Assembly (NCBI GenBank): GCA_964390845.1
Contig: CAYMIL010000001.1
Location: 178,448 to 242,447, forward strand
Source: an uncultured Candidatus Saccharibacteria bacterium
GTDB lineage: Bacteria > Patescibacteriota > Minisyncoccia > Phycocordibacterales > CALRHW01
Length of the DNA: 64,000 bases
Direction: 5' to 3'
A program made the position numbers and the translations under genes. A model generated the notes under the pieces. The model did no database searches, was not told the origin of the DNA, and saw only the letters and a program-made list of their open reading frames with translations. Below, piece by piece: positions 51,581-61,541 of this stretch (position 1 is the first letter of the stretch; the number at the start of each line of letters is the position of its first letter).

Positions 51581-51601
51581 TATGTTAATATCTTCCCCAC
51601 T

Positions 51602-51847
51602 ATGGCAGTAAATATTCAAATCGAGCGAAACGCAAACGAAAACAACCTAAACCTCCTCAAGAGGTTTACTCGACGCGTTCAGGGTTCAGGTGTACTTCCT
51701 CGGGTTCGATCTATCCGATACAGTGAGCGCCAGCCTTCACGATATGTAAAGAAGAAGCGCGCACTTAAGTCTATTCGAGGCCGTGAAAAAATGGCTGAGC
51801 TCATCAAGATGGGAAAGGTCGCGGAAAAACCAGCGGGTCGCCGCTAA
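51602..51847 (+). CDS. rpsU: 30S ribosomal protein S21
   Basis: 81 aa, basic, with LKRFTRRVQGSGVLPRVRSIRYSERQPSRYVKKKRA matching the S21 pattern. Confidence 0.75.
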   Translation: MAVNIQIERNANENNLNLLKRFTRRVQGSGVLPRVRSIRYSERQPSRYVKKKRALKSIRGREKMAELIKMGKVAEKPAGRR

Positions 51848-51854
51848 TCTCCCT

Positions 51855-52244
51855 GTGAGTCAGGTACCCACATTTTCTATCAAAAACACGACAAAAGGCA
51901 GGCTTCCGAGCTTGCCTTTTGCGCGCATAAAAGACAGTGTGCTAGGCCCACAATACACCCTTAGCTTTGCTATTGTTGGAGTCCGAGCATCGCGACGCCT
52001 CAATAGAACATATAGAAACAAAGATGCTCCGACGGATGTCTTGAGCTTCTCCCTTGAAAAAAATGTTGGCGAAATTGTGATCAATCCAGACATCGCTCGA
52101 CGAAAAGCAAAAGCGTTTGGCAGATCGTATGAAAACTATATAGGTTTCATTTTCATTCACGGACTCTACCACCTCAAAGGATACGACCACGGAGACGCAA
52201 TGGAACGCGCAGAAGCAAAAACACGAGCGGTTTTCAACATCTAA
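51855..52244 (+). CDS. ybeY: Endoribonuclease YbeY (start uncertain; GTG at 51855 proposed)
   Basis: HGLYHLKGYDH zinc-binding motif and NRTYRNKDAPTDVLSF. The ORF in the track overlaps rpsU in-frame, so it was trimmed to the first plausible start after the rpsU stop. Confidence 0.75.
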   Translation: MSQVPTFSIKNTTKGRLPSLPFARIKDSVLGPQYTLSFAIVGVRASRRLNRTYRNKDAPTDVLSFSLEKNVGEIVINPDIARRKAKAFGRSYENYIGFIFIHGLYHLKGYDHGDAMERAEAKTRAVFNI

Positions 52245-52287
52245 CAGCATCATAGACGCATACTCCCGTGCTATACTAACGACATAT

Positions 52288-53481
52288 ATGGCGCGGAATA
52301 TTACTGTAGGTATAGATATTGGAACATACCAGGTGAAAGTCGCCGTCGCGGAGCAGGTTAAGGGCCAGCATGGAACCGAACTCAAAATAATCGGCGCTGG
52401 ATACGCTGAGTCACGAGGCCTTCGTCACGGCTACATCATCAACTCAAACGACACGGCGCGTAGCATCGCCCGCGCAATCGCGCAAGCAGAAAAGTCTTCT
52501 GGACAAAAAATAAAGCGTGCATTTATGTCTGTCGGAGGTATCGGACTCTCCAGTGTTACCGCCTCCGGCGCAGTCGTTATCTCTCGCGCAGATTCAGAGA
52601 TTACACACCTCGATTTATCTAAGGTTCTTGAAAACTGTGAGAAAGAAATACAGCCTTCAATGATACTCAATCGCAAGATTATCCACGCTATTCCAATACA
52701 ATACAAACTCGACGGCAAACAAGTGCTCGGGCAGCCACTCGGCATGAAAGGTATGCGTCTTGAAGCAAAAGTGATGTTTATCACGTGCCTCGAACACCAC
52801 GTCAACGACCTTATTCGCGCAATCGAAGAAGCAGGCGTTGAGGTGATAGATGTGATGGCTTCCCCACTTGCCGCAAGCCTTGTTACACTCACCAAAACTC
52901 AAAAAATCGCCGGTTGTGTACTTGCAAATATAGGCGCGGAAACAGTGTCCATAGTCGTATTTGAAAACAATATTCCAATCTCTCTTGAGGTCTTCCCGAC
53001 TGGTTCGACAGACATTACCAACGACATTGCACTCGGTCTCAAAATGCCCCTTGAAGAAGCGGAGCACGTAAAGCTCGGCGCCGTCACATCAACAACATAC
53101 CCACGCAAGAAACTTGAGGAAATCATTACCGCTCGCCTTCAAGATATTTTTGAACTCATCGAGGCGCATCTCAAAAAAATTGGCCGTGATGGTTTGTTGC
53201 CCGCAGGTATTATTTTGACGGGCGGTGGCGGCGGAGTCATGAGTAATATCGAAGAACTCGCGAAACACGCCCTAAGACTTCCTGCGCGCATTGCGTCAAT
53301 TTATCTTGGAGAAAATGGCGCGTCCGCAATAAAAGATTCTTCATGGTCAGTTGCGTTTGGTTTGTGTGTCTTCGGATTTACTGCCGAAGGCGACGGCGCA
53401 ATCGGCATTGGCCCGATCGGTGCATTACCAAAAAAATTGAAGCGCATGATTGCCGGTTTCATGCGTCAGTTCTTGCCATAG
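52288..53481 (+). CDS. ftsA: Cell division protein FtsA
   Basis: Actin-fold ATPase, VGIDIGTYQVKVAV... FtsA-like. Confidence 0.9.
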   Translation: MARNITVGIDIGTYQVKVAVAEQVKGQHGTELKIIGAGYAESRGLRHGYIINSNDTARSIARAIAQAEKSSGQKIKRAFMSVGGIGLSSVTASGAVVISRADSEITHLDLSKVLENCEKEIQPSMILNRKIIHAIPIQYKLDGKQVLGQPLGMKGMRLEAKVMFITCLEHHVNDLIRAIEEAGVEVIDVMASPLAASLVTLTKTQKIAGCVLANIGAETVSIVVFENNIPISLEVFPTGSTDITNDIALGLKMPLEEAEHVKLGAVTSTTYPRKKLEEIITARLQDIFELIEAHLKKIGRDGLLPAGIILTGGGGGVMSNIEELAKHALRLPARIASIYLGENGASAIKDSSWSVAFGLCVFGFTAEGDGAIGIGPIGALPKKLKRMIAGFMRQFLP

Positions 53482-53601
53482 TCATACCCTCTAAAAAACC
53501 TTGCCGTTAGGCTCTTTTTTAGACATTCAAACAGCGAAAAACAGTCGTTGTCAATATATTTTTCTTTTCTCATCTATCTGATATGATGTAAAAAAAACAA
53601 C

Positions 53602-54756
53602 ATGCCACACATTAAACCTGAAGTAGAAGCATTTGCCCGAATCAAAGTCCTGGGTGTCGGAGGTTCCGGAAAAAACGCTATTAACCACATGATCAACAGC
53701 AAAGTGCGCGGCGTTGAATTTATCGCCGTAAACACTGACGCGCAAGACTTGCACAGCACACAAGCAAAGAAGAAAATTCACATTGGAAAAAATCTTACAC
53801 GAGGCTTGGGTACTGGTATGAACCCAGAGCTCGGACGACGCGCTGTTGAGGAAACTCAGGAAGAAATTCAGGAAGCTATCAAGGGTGCGGATATGGTCTT
53901 TATTGCAGGAGGCATGGGAGGTGGCACATACACCGGTGCCGCTCCACGCATCGCACAAATTGCAAAAGAACTCGGCGCGCTCACTGTCGGTGTCTCCACC
54001 AAGCCATTTTTCTTTGAAGGTACACAGCGCATGCGCCTCGCAGACCAAGGTCTCGAAGAACTTCGAAAATCCGTCGACGCCATCATCACCGTTCCCAACG
54101 ACAGACTCCTCAATGCAATCGACAGAACGACAACAGCAAAAAATGCATTCGCTATCTGTGACGACGTCCTCAAGCAGGCAGTAGAAGGCATTTCAGACCT
54201 CATCACAACCCCCGGCCTTATCAATATCGACTTCGCAGACATCAAAGCGGTCATGGAAAACGCTGGCCCAGCACTTATGGGTATCGGAACAGCTGTAGGA
54301 GAAAAGCGTGCTGAAGAGGCGGCAAAAATGGCTATCAATTCCCCTCTCCTCGAGATTTCAATGCAGGGCGCGAAGGGCGTACTCTTCTCTATCGCGGGTA
54401 GCGACGACCTCACAATGTTTGAAATCCAAGACGCGGCAAAGGTTATCACAGAATCCGCAGACCCAAATGCTCGCATCATCTTTGGAACAGTGCGCGACGA
54501 TAAGCTCAAGAAAGGTGAAATCAAGATAACTGTTATTGCATCCGGTTTCCCTGAAATCCCTTCAAAGAAAAACTCTTTGTTCCAGAGTACAGAAAAAGAA
54601 GAGGTTGCTCCTGTGGCACAAAAAGGAAAAGGATTTACCCCACCCGCAACACAACCATCTCCCCTTGAAGAAAAGAAGGTTTCCGCAACATCTGCAGAAG
54701 ACGACGATGACTGGGGTGCTGTTCCCGCATTCTTGCGACGTTCAAAACTTAAGTAA
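53602..54756 (+). CDS. ftsZ: Cell division GTPase FtsZ
   Basis: GVGGSGKNAINHM, the GGGTGTG tubulin signature (AGGMGGGTYTGAAP), and a C-terminal variable tail with a conserved end. Confidence 0.95.
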   Translation: MPHIKPEVEAFARIKVLGVGGSGKNAINHMINSKVRGVEFIAVNTDAQDLHSTQAKKKIHIGKNLTRGLGTGMNPELGRRAVEETQEEIQEAIKGADMVFIAGGMGGGTYTGAAPRIAQIAKELGALTVGVSTKPFFFEGTQRMRLADQGLEELRKSVDAIITVPNDRLLNAIDRTTTAKNAFAICDDVLKQAVEGISDLITTPGLINIDFADIKAVMENAGPALMGIGTAVGEKRAEEAAKMAINSPLLEISMQGAKGVLFSIAGSDDLTMFEIQDAAKVITESADPNARIIFGTVRDDKLKKGEIKITVIASGFPEIPSKKNSLFQSTEKEEVAPVAQKGKGFTPPATQPSPLEEKKVSATSAEDDDDWGAVPAFLRRSKLK

Positions 54757-54770
54757 TTTCTATAGTATCT

Positions 54771-55709
54771 ATGTACGATCTCATCATAATTGGTGGCGGA
54801 CCTGCTGGCGTCGCCGCGGGCGTCTATGCCGCACGCAAACGCCTCACAACCGCGTTTATCACAGCAGACTTCAATAGCCAGAGCGCGGTGTCCGAGAATA
54901 TCCAAAATTGGATTGGTACTATTTCTCTTTCAGGGCAGACCTTAGCAGACAATCTGAGAAAACACCTCCTCGCATACGCAGACGACGTTGTAACACTCTT
55001 TGAGGGACAGTGGGCACAACGTATAGAAAAAACGGCGGACGGTGAAGGGTTTACCGTAACAACAGATAAGGGCACGTTTACAGCACGTGCAGTACTCATC
55101 GCCACAGGAAGCACCCGACGCAAGCTCACCGTTCCTGGTGCAGACACCTTTGAACACAAAGGTCTCACCTACTGCGCATCCTGCGACGGGCCACTGTTTG
55201 CTGGCCAAGATGTTGCTGTTATTGGCGGGGGTAATGCCGCATTTGAGACAGCTGCCCAACTCCTCGCATACGCAAAAACAGTTACCCTCCTTAACCGCAG
55301 TGACAACCTTAGGGCCGACCCCGTTACCGTAGAGCGAGTACTCGCCCATCCACAGATGCGCGTTATCAAAAACGCAGTCCCTACAGAGGTTCGCGGAGAA
55401 AAGTTTGTAACAGGACTCACTTATGAAGATACGACAACACACGCCCAAGAAACTCTTCCGGTAACCGGCATTTTCGTCGAAATCGGCCTTATTCCTTCAA
55501 CATCTTTTGCATCATCCATTGTATCCCTCGATGAACACGGACACATCCCTGTTGACCCTCGCACACAACGTACGCCAGTCGAGGGTATCTGGGCTGCCGG
55601 AGATTGCACCGACGGGCTCTATCATCAAAACAACATCGCCGCGGGCGATGCTGTAAAGGCTCTCGAAGATATTTATATGTTTATAGTCCGGAAATCACCG
55701 ACGCGGTAA
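54771..55709 (+). CDS. trxB: Thioredoxin reductase
   Basis: IIGGGPAG FAD site, CASC redox-active motif (CASCDG) and GGGNAA NADPH site. Confidence 0.92.
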   Translation: MYDLIIIGGGPAGVAAGVYAARKRLTTAFITADFNSQSAVSENIQNWIGTISLSGQTLADNLRKHLLAYADDVVTLFEGQWAQRIEKTADGEGFTVTTDKGTFTARAVLIATGSTRRKLTVPGADTFEHKGLTYCASCDGPLFAGQDVAVIGGGNAAFETAAQLLAYAKTVTLLNRSDNLRADPVTVERVLAHPQMRVIKNAVPTEVRGEKFVTGLTYEDTTTHAQETLPVTGIFVEIGLIPSTSFASSIVSLDEHGHIPVDPRTQRTPVEGIWAAGDCTDGLYHQNNIAAGDAVKALEDIYMFIVRKSPTR

Positions 55710-56682
55710 GATCTGTCGGCAACTCTGAGCGCGTGTGTGTTATATACACGTTTGCGTACATAAGCCCCGCAATTAGCACCACCATTGCAACAGCACCAGC
55801 GATAATGCGCGGGTGCTGTATTTGTATTTTTACAAACACAGTGAGCGTGAGGGCAAGCAACACAAAGAGAAGGAATGCCCCGAGAACGTATTCTGTCGTA
55901 GCGCGTGGCGTGGACTGTACGCGACGGAGAATTGATGTTTGATCGGGCTGTGATGTCTCACTTCCAAGAACACGTACGGCATCTTGTGATGTAGGCACTT
56001 CAGGCGCTGGCGCTTCTGCTACAGAAGGTATCTGCTGTACAGGAGAAGTAGGCGTACCAGCTGGGGCTGGTGTGGGTGTGGAAGCAGGTGTTTGAAGTGC
56101 CACGCTACGCGACACGCGCTTTGGCGCACCAAAGAACTGCGCAACAAAGATTGCCTGACGGCCCTTGTACACACCCTGAGCAACAGCAATACCGACCTCT
56201 GTATAATGTTCGTTTACAATATTTGCCCGATGTAGCGGCGAATTCATCCATGCACGATCGACGTCCTGTGAATCCACAAAGTTGACCGCGAGATTTTCAC
56301 CTGCATATGAGTAGTTGTATCCAACCTGATGTAGCCAATACCACGGCTCATGCCCCTCAGGGCTTGTGTGCGCAAAGTAACCCTTTGCAGCCATATCATT
56401 TGCCTTCAGCTGAGCCGCCTGTTCAAGGAGTGCGTTGTGGGACAATGGCGCCAAGCTGTTATCCTCACGATTTTCATTGGTAAGTGATACGAGCACACCC
56501 GGCAATACCGACGCGAGATTACGAAAAACAGCTGTATTAAAAAAGAAGGCATTGAGTACGAAAAAGCCCTCGATGCACAGTACGAGCGCGGCCATAACGA
56601 GAAGCGACTTCATTCGAAGCGCGTGCGGCTTATAATCGTTGTCCGGACGAGGGATGAGATATCGTGTAATCGCCTTTCTCAT
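55681..56682 (-). CDS. CAP/SCP (PR-1-like) domain protein, membrane-anchored with a P/T-rich linker
   Basis: GYFAHTSPEGHEPWYW...GENLAVNF...HRANIVNEHYTEVGIAVAQG are CAP-domain blocks. N-terminal TM helix and a C-terminal TM helix after a PAP-rich linker. Confidence 0.75.
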   Translation of the reverse strand: MRKAITRYLIPRPDNDYKPHALRMKSLLVMAALVLCIEGFFVLNAFFFNTAVFRNLASVLPGVLVSLTNENREDNSLAPLSHNALLEQAAQLKANDMAAKGYFAHTSPEGHEPWYWLHQVGYNYSYAGENLAVNFVDSQDVDRAWMNSPLHRANIVNEHYTEVGIAVAQGVYKGRQAIFVAQFFGAPKRVSRSVALQTPASTPTPAPAGTPTSPVQQIPSVAEAPAPEVPTSQDAVRVLGSETSQPDQTSILRRVQSTPRATTEYVLGAFLLFVLLALTLTVFVKIQIQHPRIIAGAVAMVVLIAGLMYANVYITHTRSELPTDLTASVISGL

Positions 56683-56723
56683 AATGCCGAAATTATATCA
56701 CATTTTATTGAAATATCAACAGC

Positions 56724-56796
56724 GACACAAACTGTGGGCGATAGAGGACTCGAACCTCTGGCATCAACAACGTCAATGTTGCGCTCTACCAACTGA
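56724..56796 (-). tRNA. tRNA-Val (GAC)
   Basis: Reverse complement folds with acceptor GGGCGAT/ATCGCCC, D-arm GCTCAGTTGGTAGAGC, anticodon loop uuGACgu and T-loop TTCGAGT. Confidence 0.85.
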
Positions 56797-56822
56797 GCTA
56801 ATCGCCCATAAAGGACATTTTA

Positions 56823-59540
56823 TCAGAACTCCGGTGTGCTGACAAAGAGTGCACAGCGCGCCTTGTGCTTCCCCGCAATCTTCTGCAAGCCATCCTCAAG
56901 GACATTTTCTGATCCACCCTGCCATGCACGAACAGCAGCAATATCATCTGCTCCATACACACCATCTACAGCAAGACTCGCGCCTTCATAGGTATTGAGG
57001 TACTTCTCGAGTAACTTCACCTGAACGGTGTTGTTTGCCGCACCAACCTTAATCTCTTGTGTTGGGTACAACAGAGGAAGCGCACATGACAAGATCTGAG
57101 TTTCGATTTCTGCCTGTGCACACGCCGCTTTGTGAGTCTGCTTAATCTTCTGAAGGCTTGTCATAAAAACGTAGCCGGTACCCTTTGTAATACCCCACGG
57201 CTTGAGTACTTCGTCTGCATATTTCTCCTGCCATGCGACAACAGCATTAAAATCATTCTGAGAATAGATGCCGTCGACTGGGAGCTGTGCACCCTCATAG
57301 GTGTTGAGAAAACGCTCAAGAAGTTTTACATCTTCTGGATTGTTTACTGCGCCGAGCTTGATTGGGCGCGTAAGGTACGGCTCAACTTCACATGAGAGCG
57401 TAGACGCTCCAAGAACTTCTCCTGTAGACGCAATACGGCCTCCACTACTTCCTCCACCATGGTGTCCTCCTCCGTTTCCACCACCATTACCTCCACTGTT
57501 ATTTGCTGAAGCAAATGCCACAGTGAGCGTTTTGTCAGCAACAACATCATACACATTGTCTGAAAGAGCATCGTTTACAGCGACAGTAATTGTTGCGGTG
57601 TCATTGTCTCCCGCTGTCCCTGTGCCAGTCACAAGAACTTTCTGAGGAAGATTCCAGTTGGACGGAGTAAATGTAAGTGTACTTGGCACAACAGTCGCGC
57701 GTGACACATCTGATGATGACACATCTATAACCACATCAGTCGCTGGCTGTGTGTTGAGCACCACGGTGAAAGAATCGTTGCCGTTGCCTGTGATATCAAG
57801 TGATGTTTTTGAAACCGTAATACCCGCGCCAGTCGCAATCGGTGATGCGTAATGCACATATACTGCGCCACGATTTGTACCCATCGTATCGTCGTAGAAT
57901 GCGCCAACAGCCATATCATTCATGCCGTCTCCATTGAGATCGCCCATGTTTGCAATCGACTCACCGTAAAAGTCATTGAAGTTGATTGCTGGACCGTTTG
58001 GAGAGTTTTCATCGAGAAGCTCTGTAGACTTGATCGAACCGTCCGCGTTCATGAAGTGCACAAATACCTCACCCTTGTTGTCACCCGCTGTCGATTCATC
58101 TGCAGTTGAGAAGAAACTTTCCGCACCAACAGCAATGTCATTTACACCATTCCCATCGAGGTCGCCCATATTTTCAACAGAAGTACCGTAGTAGTCATTG
58201 TCGGCAAGTGTTGGGCCATTTGCAGTGTTATCATCAATTTTTACTGTTGAATTGATGCCGTTGGCACTGTTCATAAAGTGAATGTATAGTGCACCACGAT
58301 GGACACCTACCGTATTGTCGTAATTTGCGCTTACAGCGATATCTGAAACGCCGTCATGGTTGATATCGCCGATATCATCAATTGCTGTGCCGTAATAATC
58401 CATGTCTACCAACACCGCACCATGGGGTGTTGTTCCATCAAACACCTTCGTTGATTTCACTGAACCATCGTGGTTCATAAAATGCATAAACCATGCACCG
58501 CGGTCTACACCACCGCTGTCTTTGTAGTGGGAACCCACCGCAAGGTCCTGCACACCGTCACCATCTCGATCACCAATGTCAGCAATAGCCACTCCATATC
58601 GGTCATTGTTTGCAAGAACAGGACCATTTGCAGTGCTGTCGTCGATTTTTACCGTCGACTTAACAGAACCATTTGTATTCAAAAAGAGAATGTAGACAGC
58701 ACCTCGGTTGAGACCCACAGAGTCATCACCGTATGCACCCACAGCAATATCTGTGACACCGTCGTTGTTGAGGTCGCCGATGTTTTCAAGACTCACACCA
58801 AACTGATCGTTTTCAGCGAGTGTTGGGCCGTTTGCAGTGCTGTCGTCGATTTTTACCGTCGACTTAACTGTATTGTCGGCGTTTCGGAAATGGATATATA
58901 CCGCGCCAGTGTCAGTGCCATTTGTATCATTGCGATGCGCACCCACAGCAATATCTGTGACGCCGTCGTTGTTGAGGTCGCCAATGTTTTCAACGCTAAC
59001 GCCGTATCGATCCTCGTTTGCAAGTGTTGGGCCGTTTGCAGTGCTGTCGTCAATTTTAAATGTTGAAAGGAGGCTAAATGGCGTATCTGCTCCGGACAAC
59101 AACAACTCAAACAAGTTTTCCTGTTTTGCAGGAATTTGCTGTGCAGATTTTGACGAACGACGTGAAGAAACAAAACGAGTTGGGTTTGTTGAAACAGGTG
59201 TAAGGGCCTCAGTCACAACAACCGCGCCTGTGTCGTCTTGTGTGTAAGTCTCAGATGCAGAGGTGTCCGCTACCGGAGTTTCTGTTGCTGGAGTTTCTGT
59301 TGCTGGAGTTGTTGTTTGCACAACCTCCTCAGAAGAAATCTCGGGTGTTGGCTCAGATACTTCTTGAGAAGCGGGCTCTGAAGCAACCTCTTCAGAAATT
59401 CCCTCGGAAACCGACGCCACTTCAGCACTTGAAGAAAATACAAACATCGATGGCGGAAAGCCCATTATCAACACAGAAACAGCGAATACTGAGGCAAAAA
59501 ACTTGATCTGGTGAGAGAGATATGTGGCAAGAAGTCGCAT
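56823..59540 (-). CDS. Large secreted FG-GAP/VCBS-repeat protein with Ig-like region, Gly-rich linker and two C-terminal peptidoglycan-binding-like domains
   Basis: 905 aa. Signal peptide; PATETPATETP linker; ~7 repeats of DDSTANGPTLA..D.FG.S...IGDLNNDGVTDIAVGA; NNSGGNGGGNGGGHHGGGSSGG; two domains of PG_binding_1 type (LLEKYLNTYEGASLAVDGVYG...AVRAWQ). Confidence 0.75.
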   Translation of the reverse strand: MRLLATYLSHQIKFFASVFAVSVLIMGFPPSMFVFSSSAEVASVSEGISEEVASEPASQEVSEPTPEISSEEVVQTTTPATETPATETPVADTSASETYTQDDTGAVVVTEALTPVSTNPTRFVSSRRSSKSAQQIPAKQENLFELLLSGADTPFSLLSTFKIDDSTANGPTLANEDRYGVSVENIGDLNNDGVTDIAVGAHRNDTNGTDTGAVYIHFRNADNTVKSTVKIDDSTANGPTLAENDQFGVSLENIGDLNNDGVTDIAVGAYGDDSVGLNRGAVYILFLNTNGSVKSTVKIDDSTANGPVLANNDRYGVAIADIGDRDGDGVQDLAVGSHYKDSGGVDRGAWFMHFMNHDGSVKSTKVFDGTTPHGAVLVDMDYYGTAIDDIGDINHDGVSDIAVSANYDNTVGVHRGALYIHFMNSANGINSTVKIDDNTANGPTLADNDYYGTSVENMGDLDGNGVNDIAVGAESFFSTADESTAGDNKGEVFVHFMNADGSIKSTELLDENSPNGPAINFNDFYGESIANMGDLNGDGMNDMAVGAFYDDTMGTNRGAVYVHYASPIATGAGITVSKTSLDITGNGNDSFTVVLNTQPATDVVIDVSSSDVSRATVVPSTLTFTPSNWNLPQKVLVTGTGTAGDNDTATITVAVNDALSDNVYDVVADKTLTVAFASANNSGGNGGGNGGGHHGGGSSGGRIASTGEVLGASTLSCEVEPYLTRPIKLGAVNNPEDVKLLERFLNTYEGAQLPVDGIYSQNDFNAVVAWQEKYADEVLKPWGITKGTGYVFMTSLQKIKQTHKAACAQAEIETQILSCALPLLYPTQEIKVGAANNTVQVKLLEKYLNTYEGASLAVDGVYGADDIAAVRAWQGGSENVLEDGLQKIAGKHKARCALFVSTPEF

Positions 59541-59615
59541 ATATTTACGTAGTTAGTGCCACTCATACTACACACATAATCGGGCATGTCAAGAAAATCT
59601 CGTAGAAAAACGATG

Positions 59616-59702
59616 CGGAGGAGGTGGGATTTGAACCCACGAGAGGATTTCTCCCCTGCAGCTTTTCGAGAGCTGTGCTTTCAACCACTCAGCCACTCCT
59701 CC
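59616..59702 (-). tRNA. tRNA-Ser (CGA), type II
   Basis: Acceptor GGAGGAG/CTCCTCC, anticodon loop cuCGAaa, long variable arm and T-loop TTCAAAT. Confidence 0.8.
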
Positions 59703-59749
59703 AAATACCGAATAATCCTAGCATTTACGCCATATTTTGCAAAAAGTGG

Positions 59750-59790
59750 TATAAAGGACATTTTTGTTTGTCCTTTATATGTCCTTTATA
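59750..59790. repeat. Inverted repeat TATAAAGGAC-N10-GTCCTTTATA plus an extra tandem GTCCTTTATA copy between divergent tRNA genes
   Basis: Read directly from the sequence; it lies ~10 nt upstream of the TTGACA -35 of the tRNA-Glu promoter. Confidence 0.6.
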
Positions 59791-59799
59791 CTTGTTTTA

Positions 59800-59830
59800 T
59801 TGACAGCACGCCCTTTTTGCTTTTTATACT
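59800..59830 (+). promoter_or_regulatory. sigma70-like promoter for tRNA-Glu (TTGACA-N18/19-TATACT)
   Basis: TTGACAgcacgccctttttgctttttATACT, ~25 nt upstream of the mature tRNA 5' end. Confidence 0.5.
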
Positions 59831-59854
59831 AAAGATGCTACTATGTCGACTTGA

Positions 59855-59929
59855 GGCCCTATCGTCTATCGGTTAGGACAGTGCCCTTTCAAGGCGCAAA
59901 GCCGGGTTCGATTCCCGGTAGGGTCACCA
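59855..59929 (+). tRNA. tRNA-Glu (TTC) with encoded CCA
   Basis: Acceptor GGCCCTA/TAGGGTC, anticodon loop cuTTCaa, T-loop TTCGATT and CCA. Confidence 0.85.
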
Positions 59930-60030
59930 GAAAAATCTAGCTGTGTATAACTTTGCCCGCATCCAATTGCGATAGCGTATAATATAGACATCTACTACAT
60001 TATGTAGTGATTTATAAGTAACACAACATT

Positions 60031-60243
60031 ATGAAAGGACTTCACACTATCGCGTTTATTTTGGTTATCGTTGGTGCTCTCAACTGGCTTCTTATTGGCC
60101 TCTTCTCATGGGGCGTTGAGATGGTCTTGGGTGCTGGCATCTCAAAGCTTGTCTACATCCTCGTAGGTCTTTCTGGTCTCTACCTTGTCTTCACCCACAA
60201 GAAGACTTGCAAGGCATGCACTACAGGTGGTTCAACAATGTAA
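60031..60243 (+). CDS. DUF378-family small membrane protein
   Basis: 70 aa, two TM helices; IAFILVIVGALNWLLIGLF...LVYILVGLSGLYLVF is typical of DUF378. Confidence 0.7.
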   Translation: MKGLHTIAFILVIVGALNWLLIGLFSWGVEMVLGAGISKLVYILVGLSGLYLVFTHKKTCKACTTGGSTM

Positions 60244-60265
60244 CACACTGGTATAGCAGTCTACA

Positions 60266-60296
60266 CAAAAAACCGCCACGGGCGGTTTTTTGTTGA
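60266..60296 (+). terminator. Intrinsic terminator after the DUF378 gene
   Basis: aaaaAACCGCCacggGCGGTTttttg. Confidence 0.8.
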
Positions 60297-60315
60297 ACTG
60301 TGCTAGAATACGCCC

Positions 60316-61491
60316 ATGAAAATATTGGCAGTAGAAACAAGTTGCGACGAGACCGCACTATGCATTATTGAAGGAACTGGTGAAACATCATCCCCTCGTA
60401 TCAGCGTTCTCGGCACTTCCCTTTTTTCTCAAGCAAAAATCCATGAACAATATGGGGGTGTCTTCCCCAACCTTGCGAAACGTGAACACGCGAGAAACCT
60501 TGTGCCACTACTGAAAAACCTACTTGAAAACAACAATCTTTCTTTGGGCGCCCACAGAGAGTTTACACCCGAACAACACACATTTCTTCAGAAGCTCCTC
60601 GAGAGAGAGCCGGATCTATATACTGCATGTAGCGAATATCTGCAGACATGTACCCCACCAGACATTGATGCGATTGCGGTTACCGTCGGCCCTGGGCTTG
60701 AACCTGCGCTCTGGGTGGGTATCAATTTTGCAAAGGCACTTTCGTATATCTGGGGCAAACCTATTGTTCCAGTCAATCACATGGAAGGGCATATCGCATC
60801 TGTGCTTACTGCGTCATCGGCGGAACAATCAACACCTGTTGTATTCCCTGCGCTAGCGCTCCTTATTAGTGGCGGGCACACTGAGCTTGTACTGGTGCGA
60901 GGATGGTCGCAGTATGAGGTGGTCGGTCAAACACGCGATGATGCTGTGGGAGAGGCTTTTGATAAAGTTGCTCGCATGCTCTCACTGCCATACCCTGGCG
61001 GACCGCACATTTCCCGACTCGCACACGAAGCGCGAACATCGAACGCGGAAGTATTTTCTATCCGCTTTCCACGCCCAATGCTTCACTCAGGCGATTTAGA
61101 TTTTTCGTTTTCTGGACTTAAAACCGCAGTACTCACTGCAATACAAAAAACTGGCGACCTTACTGACGACACAAAAAAAGCTATCGCACGAGAATTTGAA
61201 GATGCTGTGGTAGAGGTGCTACGTGAAAAGACGATGCATGCTATCGAACGATACAACATCCGCACACTCATCATTGGAGGTGGCGTTATTGCAAATACAC
61301 GCATACGAGAGGCATTTGCCGAGCTTCACACACATTTTCCAGAACTCACTCTCCTCCTTCCAGAAAAGGGACTGGAGACAGACAATGCCGTGATGATAGC
61401 TATTGCTGGCTATCTGCAAGCTCAGACAAACCCGCACACCCTCTCCACGGACCCCAATACCATTCGAGCACAAGGCAACTTGAGCTTATAA
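60316..61491 (+). CDS. tsaD: tRNA N6-adenosine threonylcarbamoyltransferase TsaD (Kae1/Gcp)
   Basis: MKILAVETSCDETALCII...; the HMEGH metal-binding motif is present. Confidence 0.92.
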   Translation: MKILAVETSCDETALCIIEGTGETSSPRISVLGTSLFSQAKIHEQYGGVFPNLAKREHARNLVPLLKNLLENNNLSLGAHREFTPEQHTFLQKLLEREPDLYTACSEYLQTCTPPDIDAIAVTVGPGLEPALWVGINFAKALSYIWGKPIVPVNHMEGHIASVLTASSAEQSTPVVFPALALLISGGHTELVLVRGWSQYEVVGQTRDDAVGEAFDKVARMLSLPYPGGPHISRLAHEARTSNAEVFSIRFPRPMLHSGDLDFSFSGLKTAVLTAIQKTGDLTDDTKKAIAREFEDAVVEVLREKTMHAIERYNIRTLIIGGGVIANTRIREAFAELHTHFPELTLLLPEKGLETDNAVMIAIAGYLQAQTNPHTLSTDPNTIRAQGNLSL

Positions 61492-61493
61492 AC

Positions 61494-61522
61494 AAAAAAC
61501 CCGCATTCAAGCGGGTTTTTTG
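61494..61522. terminator. Bidirectional terminator between tsaD and the minus-strand PG-binding protein gene
   Basis: aaaaaaCCCGCattcaaGCGGGtttttt. Confidence 0.8.
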
Positions 61523-61541
61523 TACTGCGCCAAGCAAGTGT

